A DNA stretch of 64,000 nt from Lingula anatina (Eukaryota > Animalia > Brachiopoda), in the NCBI GenBank assembly GCA_051362555.1, contig CM120641.1, positions 23,938,401 to 24,002,400 of the forward strand, written 5' to 3'. The position numbers and the translations under genes are program-made. Positions 8,890 to 21,870 of this stretch are shown here, one piece after another (position 1 is the stretch's first letter; each line of letters opens with the position of its first letter). The notes beneath the pieces are model-generated. The model made no database searches. It saw nothing but the letters and a program-made list of their open reading frames with translations, and had not been told where the DNA came from.

Positions 8890-11800
8890 GAAAATCTGAC
8901 TGGGGAGTCACATTTTCATAATGAAAATCTGACTGGGGAGTCACATTTTCATGGGAGTCAGTTTTTCATGTTACACCGGACCTTACGAAAATCACTCAAA
9001 ATCACCCAAAAATGACCCGTCACAAATTTTTCCAAAAAGTTATGAAAATCAATTTACCACACCTATCATTCATAAAAAATGTGGAAACGCGCCCGGATCA
9101 CTACATTAAAGCCCCCAATTTCAGCTTTAAAGATTGCCAGAAAGCACACCTGAGAACAGGATTTGGAGGGGGGGGGGGGGTGGAGAGAGTTTTTGCTCTA
9201 TTTCTTCCTTAATAATGATACAACCACTCTTTCAGTACTTTACCCTCACTACAAATGACCAAACACACCTACCTGACACAATATTGAAGAAAAAAATTTT
9301 TCATCCCTACCTGGCCAAAATTGAAAAAAACTGCCATATCCGGACCTTACGAAAATCACTCAAATTCACCCAAAAATGACCCGTCACCAATTTTTCCAAA
9401 AAGAGATGAAAATCAATTTACCACACCTATCATTCATAAAAAATGTGGAAACGCGCCCAGATCAATTCATTAAAGCCCCCAATTTTAGCTTTAAAGATTG
9501 CCAGAAAGCACACCTGAGAACAGGATTTGGAGAGGGGGGGGATGGAGAGAGTTTTTGCTCTATTTCTTCCTTAATAATGATACAACCACTCTTTCAGTAC
9601 TTTAACCTCACTACAAATGACTAAACACACCTACCTGACACAATATTGAAGAAAAAAATTTTTCATCCCTACCTGGCCAAAATTGAAGAAAACTGCCATA
9701 TCCGGACCTTACGAAAATCACTCAAAATCACCCAAAAATGACCCGTCACCAATTTTTTCAAAAAGTGAGGAAAATCAATTTACCACACCTATCATTCATA
9801 AAAAATGTGGAAACGCGCCCGGATCACTTCATTAAAGCCCCCAATTTCAGCTTTAAAGATTGCCAGAAAGCACACCTGAGAACAGGATTTGGAGAGGGGG
9901 GGGGGGAAGAGAGTTTTTGCTCTATTTCTTCCTTAATAATGATACAACCACTCTTTCAGTACTTTAACTTCACTACAAATGACCAAACACACCTACCTGA
10001 CACAATATTGAAGAAAAAAATTTTTCATCCCTACCTGGCCAAAATTGAAGAAAACTGCCATATCCGGACCTTACGAAAATCACTCAAAATCACCCAAAAA
10101 TGACCCGTCACCAATTTTTCCAAAAAGTGATGAAAATCAATTTACCACACCTATCATTCATAAAAAATGTGGAAACGTGCCCAGATAACTTCATTAAAGC
10201 CCCCAATTTCAGCTTTAAAGATTGCCAGAAAGCACACCTGAGAACAGGATTTGGAGAGGGGGGGGTGGAGAGAGTTTTTGCTCTATTTCTTCCTTAATAA
10301 TGATACAACCACTCTTTCAGTACTTTACCCTCACTACAAATGACCAAACACACCTACCTGACACAATATTGAAGAAAAAAATTTTTCATCCCTACCTGGC
10401 CAAAATTGAAGAAAACTGCCATATCCGGACCTTACAAAAATCACTCAAAATCACCCAAAAATGACCCGTCACCAATTTTTCCAAAAAGTGATGAAAATCA
10501 ATTTACCACACCTATCATTCATAAAAAATGTGGAAACGCACCCGGATCACTTCATTAAAGCCCCCAATTTCAGCTTTAAAGATTGCCAGAAAGCACACCT
10601 GAGAACAGGATTTGGAAGAGTGGGGGGGTGGAGAGAGTTTTTGCTCTATTTCTTCCTTACTAATGATACAACCACTCTTTCAGTACTTTACCCTCACTAC
10701 AAATGACCAAACACACCTAACTGACACAATATTGAAGAAAAAAATTTTTCATCCCTACCTGGCCAAAATTGAAGAAAACTGCCATATCCGGACCTTACGA
10801 AAATCACTCAAAATCACCCAAAAATGACCCGTCACAAATTTTTCCAAAAAGTGATGAAAATCAATTTACCACACCTATCATTCATAAAAAATGTGGAAAC
10901 GCGCCCAGATCACTTCATTAACGCCCCCAATTTCAGCTTTAAAGATTGCCAGAAAGCACACCTGAGAACAGGATTTGGAGAGTGGGGGGGTGGAGAGAGT
11001 TTTTGCTCTATTTCTTCCTTACTAATGATACAACCACTCTTTCAGTACTTTACCCTCACTACAAATGACCAAACACACCTACCTGACACAATATTGAAGA
11101 AAAACATTTTTCATCCCTACCTGGCCAAAATTGAAGAAAACTGCCATATCCGGACCTTACGAAAATCACTCAAAATCACCCAAAAATGACCCGTCACAAA
11201 CTTTTCCAAAAAGTTATGAAAATCAATTTACCACACCTATCATTCATAAAAAATGTGGAAACGCGCCCGGATCACTTCATTAAAGCCCCCAATTTCAGCT
11301 TTAAAGATTGCCAGAAAGCACACCTGAGAACAGGATTTGGAGAGGGGGGGGGTGGAGAGAGTTTTTGCTCTATTTCTTCCTTAATAAAGATACAACCACT
11401 CTTTCAGTACTTTACCCTCACTACAAATGACCAAACACACCTACCTGACACAATATTGAAGAAAAAAAATTTTCATCCCTACCTGGCCAAAATTGAAGAA
11501 AACTGCCATATCCGGACCTTACAAAAATCACTCAAAATCACCCAAAAATGACCCGTCACCAATTTTTCCAAAAAGTTATGAAAATCAATTTACCACACCT
11601 ATCATTCATAAAAAATGTGGAAACGCACCCGGATCCCTTCATTAAAGCCCCCAATTTCAGCTTTAAAGATTGCCAGAAAGCACACCTGAGAACAGGATTT
11701 GGAGAGTGGGGGGGTGGAGAGAGTTTTTGCTCTATTTCTTCCTTACTAATGATACAACCACTCTTTCAGTACTTTACCCTCACTACAAATGACCAAACAC

Positions 11801-13657
11801 ACCTACCTGACATATCCGGACCTTACGAAAATCACTCAAAATCACCCAAAAATGACCCGTCACAAATTTTTCCAAAAAGTGATGAAAATCAATTTACCAC
11901 ACCTATCATTCATAAAAAATGTGGAAACGCGCCCGGATCACTACATTAAAGCCTCCAATTTCAGCTTTAAAGATTGCAAGAAAGCACACCTGAGAACAGG
12001 ATTTGGAGAGGGGGGGGGGGTGGAGAAAGATTTTGCTCTATTTCTTCCTTAATAATGATACAACCACTCTTTCAGTACCTTACCCTCACTACAAATGACC
12101 AAACACACCTACCTGACACAATATTGAAGAAAAAAATTTTTCATCCCTACCTGGCCAAAATTGAAGAAAACTGTCAAACCCGGACCTTACGAAAATCACT
12201 CAAAATCACCCAAAAATGACCCGTCACCAATTTTTCCAAAATGAAAATCAATTAACCACACCTATCATTAATAAAAAATGTGGAAATGCGCCCGGATCAC
12301 TACAATAAAGCCCCCAATTTCAGCTTTAAAGATTGCCAGAAAGCACACCTGAGAACAGGATTTGGAGGGGGGGGTTGGAGAGAGTTTTTGCTCTATTTCT
12401 TCCTTAATAATGATACAACCACTCTTTCAGTACTTTACCCTCACTACAAATGACCAAACACACCTACCTGACACAATATTGAAGAAAAAAAATTTTCATC
12501 CCTACCTGGCCAAAATTGAAGAAAACTGCCATATCCGGACCTTACAAAAATCACTCAAAATCACCCAAAAATGACCCGTCACCAATTTTTCCAAAAAGTG
12601 ATGAAAATCAATTTACCACACATATCATTCATAAAAAATGTGGAAACGCACCCGGATCACTTCATTAAAGCCCCCAATTTCAGCTTTAAAGATTGCCAGA
12701 AAGCACACCTGAGAACAGGATTTGGAGAGTGGGGGGGGTGGAGAGAGTTTTTGCTCTATTTCTTCCTTACTAATGATACAACCACTCTTTCAGTACTTTA
12801 CCCTCACTACAAATGACCAAACACACCTACCTGACACAATATTGAAGAAAAAAATTTTTCATCCCTACCTGGCCAAAATTGAAGAAAACTGCCATATCCG
12901 GACCTTACGAAAATCACTCAAATTCACCCAAAAATGACCCGTCACCAATTTTTCCAAAAAGTGATGAAAATCAATTTACCACACCTATCATTCATAAAAA
13001 ATGTGGAAACGCGCCCGGATCACTACATTAAAGCCCCCAATTTCAGCTTTAAAGATTGCAAGAAAGCACACCTGAGAACAGGATTTGGAGAGGGGGGGGT
13101 GGAGAGAGTTTTTGCTCTATTTCTTCCTTAATAATGATACAACCACTCTTTCAGTACTTTACCCTCACTACAAATGACCAAACACACCTACCTGACACAA
13201 TATTGAAGAAAAAAAAATTTCATCCCTACCTGGCCAAAATTGAAGAAAACTGCCATATCCGGACCTTACGAAAATCACTCAAAATCAACCAAAAATGACC
13301 CGTCACCAATTTTTCCAAAAAGTGATGAAAATCAATTTACCACACCTATCATTCATAAAAAATGTGGAAACGTGCCCAGACAACTTCATTAAAGCCCCCA
13401 ATTTCAGCTTTAAAGATTGCCAGAAAGCACACCTGAGAACAGGATTTGGAGAGGGGGGGGGGTGGAGAAAGATTTTGCTCTATTTCTTCCTTAATAATGA
13501 TACAACCACTCTTTCAGTACCTTACCCTCACTACAAATGACCAAACACACCTACCTGACACAATATTGAAGAAAAAAATTTTTCATCCCTACCTGGCCAA
13601 AATTGAAGAAAACTGCCAAACCCGGACCTTACGAAAATCACTCAAAATCACCCAAAA

Positions 13658-16600
13658 ATGACCCGTCACCAATTTTTCCAAAAAGTTATGAAAATCAATT
13701 TACCACACCTATATTTCATAAAAAATGTGGAAACACGCCCGGATCCCTTCATTAAAGCCCCCAATTTCAGCTTTAAAGATTGCCAGAAAGCACACCTGAG
13801 AACAGGATTTGGAGAGGGGGGGGTGGAGAGAGTTTTTGCTCTATTTCTTCCTTAATAATGATACAACCACTCTTTCAGTACTTTACCCTCACTACAAATG
13901 ACCAAACACACCTACCTGACACAATGTTGAAGAAAAAAATTTTTCATCCCTACCTGGCCAAAATTGAAGAAAACTGCCATATCCCGACCTTACGAAAATC
14001 ACTCAAAATCACCCAAAAATGACCCGTGACAAATTTTTCCAAAAAGTTATGAAAATCAATTTACCACACCTATCATTCATAAAAAATGTGGAAACGCGCC
14101 CGGATCACTTCATTAAAGCCCCCAATTTCAGCTTTAAAGATTGCAAGAAAGCACACCTGAGAACAGGATTTGGAGAGGGGGGGTCGGAGAGAGTTTTTGC
14201 TCTATTTCTTCCTTAATAATGATACAACCACTCTTTCAGTACTTTACCCTCACTACAAATGACCAAACACACCTACCTGACACAATATTGAAGAAAAAAA
14301 ATTTTCATCCCTACCTGGCCAAAATTGAAGAAAACTGCCATATCCGGACCTTACGAAAATCACTCAAAATCACCCAAAAATGACCCGTCACAAATTTTTC
14401 CAAAAAGTGATGAAAATCAATTTACCACACCTATCATTCATAAAAAATGTGGAAACGCGCCCGGATCACTACATTAAAGCCTCCAATTTCAGCTTTAAAG
14501 ATTGCAAGAAAGCACACCTGAGAACAGGATTTGGAGAGGGGGGGGGTGGAGAAAGATTTTGCTCTATTTCTTCCTTAATAATGATACAACCACTCTTTCA
14601 GTACCTTACCCTCACTACAAATGACCAAACACACCTACCTGACACAATATTGAAGAAAAAAATTTTTCATCCCTACCTGGCCAAAATTGAAGAAAACTGC
14701 CAAACCCGGACCTTACGAAAATCACTCAAAATCACCCAAAAATGACCCGTCACAAATTTTTCAAAAATGAAAATCAATTTTACCACACCTATCATTCATA
14801 AAAAATGTGGAAATGCGCCCGGATCACTACATTAAAGCCCCCAATTTCAGCTTTAAAGATTGCCAGAAAGCACACCTGAGAACAGGATTTGGAGGGGGGG
14901 GTGGAGAGAGTTTTTGCTCTATTTCTTCCTTACTAATGATACAACCACTCTTTCAGTACTTTACCCTCACTACAAATGACCAAACACACCTACCTGACAC
15001 AATATTGAAGAAAAAAATTTTTCATCCCTACCTGGCCAAAATTGAAGAAAACTGCCATATCCGGACCTTACGAAAATCACTCAAATTCACCCAAAAATGA
15101 CCCGTCACCAATTTTTCCAAAAAGTGATGAAAATCAATTTACCACACCTATCATTCATAAAAAATGTGGAAACGCGCCCGGATCACTACATTAAAGCCCC
15201 CAATTTCAGCTTTAAAGATTGCAAGAAAGCACACCTGAGAACAGGATTTGGAGAGGGGGGGGTGGAGAGAGTTTTTGCTCTATTTCTTCCTTAATAATGA
15301 TACAACCTCTCTTTCAGTACTTTACCCTCACTACAAATGACCAAACACACCTACCTGACACAATGTTGAAGAAAAAAATTTTTCATCCCTACCTGGCCAA
15401 AATTGAAGAAAACTGCCATATCCGGACCTTACGAAAATCACTCAAAATCAACCAAAAATGACCCGTCACCAATTTTTCCAAAAAATGATGAAAATCAATT
15501 TACCACACCTATCATTCATAAAAAATGTGGAAACGTGCCCAGATCACTTCATTAAAGCCCCCAATTTCAGCTTTAAAGATTGCCAGAAAGCACACCTGAG
15601 AACAGGATTTGGAGAGGGGGGGGTGGAGAAAGATTTTGCTCTATTTCTTCCTTAATAATGATACAACCACTCTTTCAGTACCTTACCCTCACTACAAATG
15701 ACCAAACACACCTACTTGACACAATATTGAAGAAAAAAATTTTTCATCCCTACCTGGCCAAAATTGAAGAAAACTGCCATATCCGGACCTTACGAAAATC
15801 ACTCAAATTCACAAAAAAATGACCCGTCACCAATTTTTCCAAAAAGTGATGAAAATCATTTTACCACACCTATCATTCATAAAAAATGTGGAAACGCGCC
15901 CGGATCACTACATTAAAGCCCCCAATTTCAGCTTTAAAGATTGCAAGAAAGCACACCTGAGAACAGGATATAGAGAGGGGGGGGTGGAGAGAGTTTTTGC
16001 TCTATTTCTTCCTTAATAATGATACAACCACTCTTTCAGTACTTTACCCTCACTACAAATGACCAAACACACCTACCTGACACAATATTGAAGAAAAAAA
16101 TTTTTCATCCCTACCTGGCCAAAATTGAAGAAAACTGCCATATCCGGACCTTACGAAAATCACTCAAAATCACCCAAAAATGACCCGTCACAAATTTTTC
16201 CAAAAAGTGATGAAAATCAATTTACCACACCTATCATTCATAAAAAATGTGGAAACGCGCCCGGATCACTACATTAAAGCCTCCAATTTCAGCTTTAAAG
16301 ATTGCAAGAAAGCACACCTGAGAACAGGATTTGGAGAGGGGGGGGGGGTGGAGAAAGATTTTGCTCTATTTCTTCCTTAATAATGATACAACCACTCTTT
16401 CAGTACCTTACCCTCACTACAAATGACCAAACACACCTACCTGACACAATATTGAAGAAAAAAAATTTTCATCCCTACCTGGCCAAAATTGAAGAAAACT
16501 GCCATATCCGGACCTTACAAAAATCACTCAAAATCACCCAAAAATGACCCGTCACCAATTTTTCCAAAAAGTGATGAAAATCAATTTACCACACCTATCA

Positions 16601-19600
16601 TTCATAAAAAATGTGGAAACGCACCCGGATCACTTCATTAAAGCCCCCAATTTCAGCTTTAAAGATTGCCAGAAAGCACACCTGAGAACAGGATTTGGAG
16701 AGTGGGGGGGTGGAGAGAGTTTTTGCTCTATTTCTTCCTTACTAATGATACAACCACTCTTTCAGTACTTTACCCTCACTACAAATGACCAAACACACCT
16801 ACCTGACACAATATTGAAGAAAAAAATTTTTCATCCCTACCTGGCCAAAATTGAAGAAAACTGCCATATCCGGACCTTACGAAAATCACTCAAATTCACC
16901 CAAAAATGACCCGTCACCAATTTTTCCAAAAAGTGATGAAAATCATTTTACCACACCTATCATTCATAAAAAATGTGGAAACGCGCCCGGATCACTACAT
17001 TAAAGACCCCAATTTCAGCTTTAAAGATTGCAAGAAAGCACACCTGAGAACAGGATTTGGAGAGGGGGGGGTGGAGAGAGTTTTTGCTCTATTTCTTCCT
17101 TAATAATGATACAACCTCTCTTTCAGTACTTTACCCTCACTACAAATGACCAAACACACCTACCTGACACAATGTTGAAGAAAAAAATTTTTCATCCCTA
17201 CCTGGCCAAAATTGAAGAAAACTGCCATATCCGGACCTTACGAAAATCACTCAAAATCAACCAAAAATGACCCGTCACCAATTTTTCCAAAAAATGATGA
17301 AAATCAATTTACCACACCTATCATTCATAAAAAATGTGGAAACGTGCCCAGATCACTTCATTAAAGCCCCCAATTTCAGCTTTAAAGATTGCCAGAAAGC
17401 ACACCTGAGAACAGGATTTGGAGAGGGGGGGGTGGAGAAAGATTTTGCTCTATTTCTTCCTTAATAATGATACAACCACTCTTTCAGTACCTTACCCTCA
17501 CTACAAATGACCAAACACACCTACTTGACACAATATTGAAGAAAAAAATTTTTCATCCCTACCTGGCCAAAATTGAAGAAAACTGCCATATCCGGACCTT
17601 ACGAAAATCACTCAAATTCACAAAAAAATGACCCGTCACCAATTTTTCCAAAAAGTGATGAAAATCATTTTACCACACCTATCATTCATAAAAAATGTGG
17701 AAACGCGCCCGGATCACTACATTAAAGCCCCCAATTTCAGCTTTAAAGATTGCAAGAAAGCACACCTGAGAACAGGATATAGAGAGGGGGGGGTGGAGAG
17801 AGTTTTTGCTCTATTTCTTCCTTAATAATGATACAACCACTCTTTCAGTACTTTACCCTCACTACAAATGACCAAACACACCTACCTGACACAATATTGA
17901 AGAAAAAAATTTTTCATCCCTACCTGGCCAAAATTGAAGAAAACTGCCATATCCGGACCTTACGAAAATCACTCAAAATCACCCAAAAATGACCCGTCAC
18001 AAATTTTTCCAAAAAGTGATGAAAATCAATTTACCACACCTATCATTCATAAAAAATGTGGAAACGCGCCCGGATCACTACATTAAAGCCTCCAATTTCA
18101 GCTTTAAAGATTGCAAGAAAGCACACCTGAGAACAGGATTTGGAGAGGGGGGGGGGGTGGAGAAAGATTTTGCTCTATTTCTTCCTTAATAATGATACAA
18201 CCACTCTTTCAGTACCTTACCCTCACTACAAATGACCAAACACACCTACCTGACACAATATTGAAGAAAAAAATTTTTCATCCCTACCTGGCCAAAATTG
18301 AAGAAAACTGCCATATCCGGACCTTACAAAAATCACTCAAAATCACCCAAAAATGACCCGTCACCAATTTTTCCAAAAAGTGATGAAAATCAATTTACCA
18401 CACCTATCATTCATAAAAAATGTGGAAACGCACCCGGATCACTTCATTAAAGCCCCCAATTTCAGCTTTAAAGATTGCCAGAAAGCACACCTGAGAACAG
18501 GATTTGGAGAGTGGGGGGGTGGAGAGAGTTTTTGCTCTATTTCTTCCTTACTAATGATACAACCACTCTTTCAGTACTTTACCCTCACTACAAATGACCA
18601 AACACACCTACCTGACACAATATTGAAGAAAAAAATTTTTCATCCCTACCTGGCCAAAATTGAAGAAAACTGCCATATCCGGACCTTACGAAAATCACTC
18701 AAATTCACCCAAAAATGACCCGTCACCAATTTTTCCAAAAAGTGATGAAAATCAATTTACCACACCTATCATTCATAAAAAATGTGGAAACGCGCCCGGA
18801 TCACTACATTAAAGCCCCCAATTTCAGCTTTAAAGATTGCAAGAAAGCACACCTGAGAACAGGATTTGGAGAGGGGGGGGTGGAGAGAGTTTTTGCTCTA
18901 TTTCTTCCTTAATAATGATACAACCACTCTTTCAGTACTTTACCCTCACTACAAATGACCAAACACACCTACCTGACACAATATTGAAGAAAAAAAAATT
19001 TCATCCCTACCTGGCCAAAATTGAAGAAAACTGCCATATCCGGACCTTACGAAAATCACTCAAAATCACCCAAAAATGACCCGTCACCAATTTTTCCAAA
19101 AAGTTATGAAAATCAATTTACCACACCTATATTTCATAAAAAATGTGGAAACACGCCCGGATCCCTTCATTAAAGCCCCCAATTTCAGCTTTAAAGATTG
19201 CCAGAAAGCACACCTGAGAACAGGATTTGGAGAGGGGGGGGTGGAGAGAGTTTTTGCTCTATTTCTTCCTTAATAATGATACAACCACTCTTTCAGTACT
19301 TTACCCTCACTACAAATGACCAAACACACCTACCTGACACAATGTTGAAGAAAAAAATTTTTCATCCCTACCTGGCCAAAATTGAAGAAAACTGCCATAT
19401 CCGGACCTTACGAAAATCACTCAAAATCACCCAAAAATGACCCGTCACAAATTTTTCCAAAAAGTTATGAAAATCAATTTACCACACCTATCATTCATAA
19501 AAAATGTGGAAACGCGCCCGGATCACTTCATTAAAGCCCCCAATTTCAGCTTTAAAGATTGCAAGAAAGCACACCTGAGAACAGGATTTGGAGAGGGGGG

Positions 19601-21870
19601 GTCGGAGAGAGTTTTTGCTCTATTTCTTCCTTAATAATGATACAACCACTCTTTCAGTACTTTACCCTCACTACAAATGACCAAACACACCTACCTGACA
19701 CAATATTGAAGAAAAAAAATTTTCATCCCTACCTGGCCAAAATTGAAGAAAACTGCCATATCCGGACCTTACGAAAATCACTCAAAATCACCCAAAAATG
19801 ACCCGTCACAAATTTTTCCAAAAAGTGATGAAAATCAATTTACCACACCTATCATTCATAAAAAATGTGGAAACGCGCCCGGATCACTACATTAAAGCCT
19901 CCAATTTCAGCTTTAAAGATTGCAAGAAAGCACACCTGAGAACAGGATTTGGAGAGGGGGGGGGGTGGAGAAAGATTTTGCTCTATTTCTTCCTTAATAA
20001 TGATACAACCACTCTTTCAGTACCTTACCCTCACTACAAATGACCAAACACACCTACTTGACACAATATTGAAGAAAAAAATTTTTCATCCCTACCTGGC
20101 CAAAATTGAAGAAAACTGCCAAACCCGGACCTTACGAAAATCACTCAAAATCACCCAAAAATGACCCGTCACAAATTTTTCAAAAATGAAAATCAATTTT
20201 ACCACACCTATCATTCATAAAAAATGTGGAAATGCGCCCGGATCACTACATTAAAGCCCCCAATTTCAGCTTTAAAGATTGCCAGAAAGCACACCTGAGA
20301 ACAGGATTTGGAGGGGGGGGTGGAGAGAGTTTTTGCTCTATTTCTTCCTTACTAATGATACAACCACTCTTTCAGTACTTTACCCTCACTACAAATGACC
20401 AAACACACCTACCTGACACAATATTGAAGAAAAAAATTTTTCATCCCTACCTGGCCAAAATTGAAGAAAACTGCCATATCCGGACCTTACGAAAATCACT
20501 CAAATTCACCCAAAAATGATCCGTCACCAATTTTTCCAAAAAGTGATGAAAATCAATTTACCACACCTATCATTCATAAAAAATGTGGAAACGCGCCCGG
20601 ATCACTACATTAAAGCCCCCAATTTCAGCTTTAAAGATTGCAAGAAAGCACACCTGAGAACAGGATTTGGAGAGGGGGGGGTGGAGAGAGTTTTTGCTCT
20701 ATTTCTTCCTTAATAATGATACAACCTCTCTTTCAGTACTTTACCCTCACTACAAATGACCAAACACACCTACCTGACACAATGTTGAAGAAAAAAATTT
20801 TTCATCCCTACCTGGCCAAAATTGAAGAAAACTGCCATATCCGGACCTTACGAAAATCACTCAAAATCAACCAAAAATGACCCGTCACCAATTTTTCCAA
20901 AAAATGATGAAAATCAATTTACCACACCTATCATTCATAAAAAATGTGGAAACGTGCCCAGATCACTTCATTAAAGCCCCCAATTTCAGCTTTAAAGATT
21001 GCCAGAAAGCACACCTGAGAACAGGATTTGGAGAGGGGGGGGTGGAGAAAGATTTTGCTCTATTTCTTCCTTAATAATGATACAACCACTCTTTCAGTAC
21101 CTTACCCTCACTACAAATGACCAAACACACCTACTTGACACAATATTGAAGAAAAAAATTTTTCATCCCTACCTGGCCAAAATTGAAGAAAACTGCCATA
21201 TCCGGACCTTACGAAAATCACTCAAATTCACAAAAAAATGACCCGTCACCAATTTTTCCAAAAAGTGATGAAAATCATTTTACCACACCTATCATTCATA
21301 AAAAATGTGGAAACGCGCCCGGATCACTACATTAAAGCCCCCAATTTCAGCTTTAAAGATTGCAAGAAAGCACACCTGAGAACAGGATATAGAGAGGGGG
21401 GGGTGGAGAGAGTTTTTGCTCTATTTCTTCCTTAATAATGATACAACCACTCTTTCAGTACTTTACCCTCACTACAAATGACCAAACACACCTACCTGAC
21501 ACAATATTGAAGAAAAAAATTTTTCATCCCTACCTGGCCAAAATTGAAGAAAACTGCCATATCCGGACCTTACGAAAATCACTCAAAATCACCCAAAAAT
21601 GACCCGTCACAAATTTTTCCAAAAAGTGATGAAAATCAATTTACCACACCTATCATTCATAAAAAATGTGGAAACGCGCCCGGATCACTACATTAAAGCC
21701 TCCAATTTCAGCTTTAAAGATTGCAAGAAAGCACACCTGAGAACAGGATTTGGAGAGGGGGGGGGGGTGGAGAAAGATTTTGCTCTATTTCTTCCTTAAT
21801 AATGATACAACCACTCTTTCAGTACCTTACCCTCACTACAAATGACCAAACACACCTACCTGACACAATA
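13658..21870 (+). repeat. Nested 15-mer (offset ~5418 bp) and 5-mer (offset 1809 bp) block duplications
   Basis: Markers ACAACCTCTC, CTACTTGAC, AAATTCACAAAA and GGATATAGAG recur together in three blocks (ORFs at 15819, 17628, 21238). CTATATTTC and AACACGCCC occur in the monomers at 13658 and 19076. Confidence 0.9.

Larger units (their letters stand above)
5829..8975. mobile_element. Non-autonomous TIR/foldback DNA transposon, 3147 bp, Ginger1-like
   Basis: The left end TGTACCATGAAAATCTGACTCCC matches the reverse complement of the right end, TGTAACATGAAAAACTGACTCCC. CCGG is duplicated at 5825-5828 and 8976-8979, while uninterrupted monomers have one CCGG at this site. There is no transposase ORF. 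TGT...ACA ends with a 4 bp CCGG-type TSD fit Ginger1 as I recall it; the family call is an inference and is less certain than the element call. Confidence 0.92.

Noticed and set aside
5829-8975. Solo LTR or LTR retrotransposon (TG...CA ends, 4 bp TSD)
   Set aside because: The ends are long inverted repeats rather than direct repeats, and there is no PBS, PPT, gag or pol. A solo LTR would have only short terminal inverted repeats.
6710-9015. Short ORFs inside the 3.1 kb element as transposase remnants
   Set aside because: They are low-complexity F/I/K-rich translations of AT-rich repeats, with no integrase zinc-finger or DDE motif visible.
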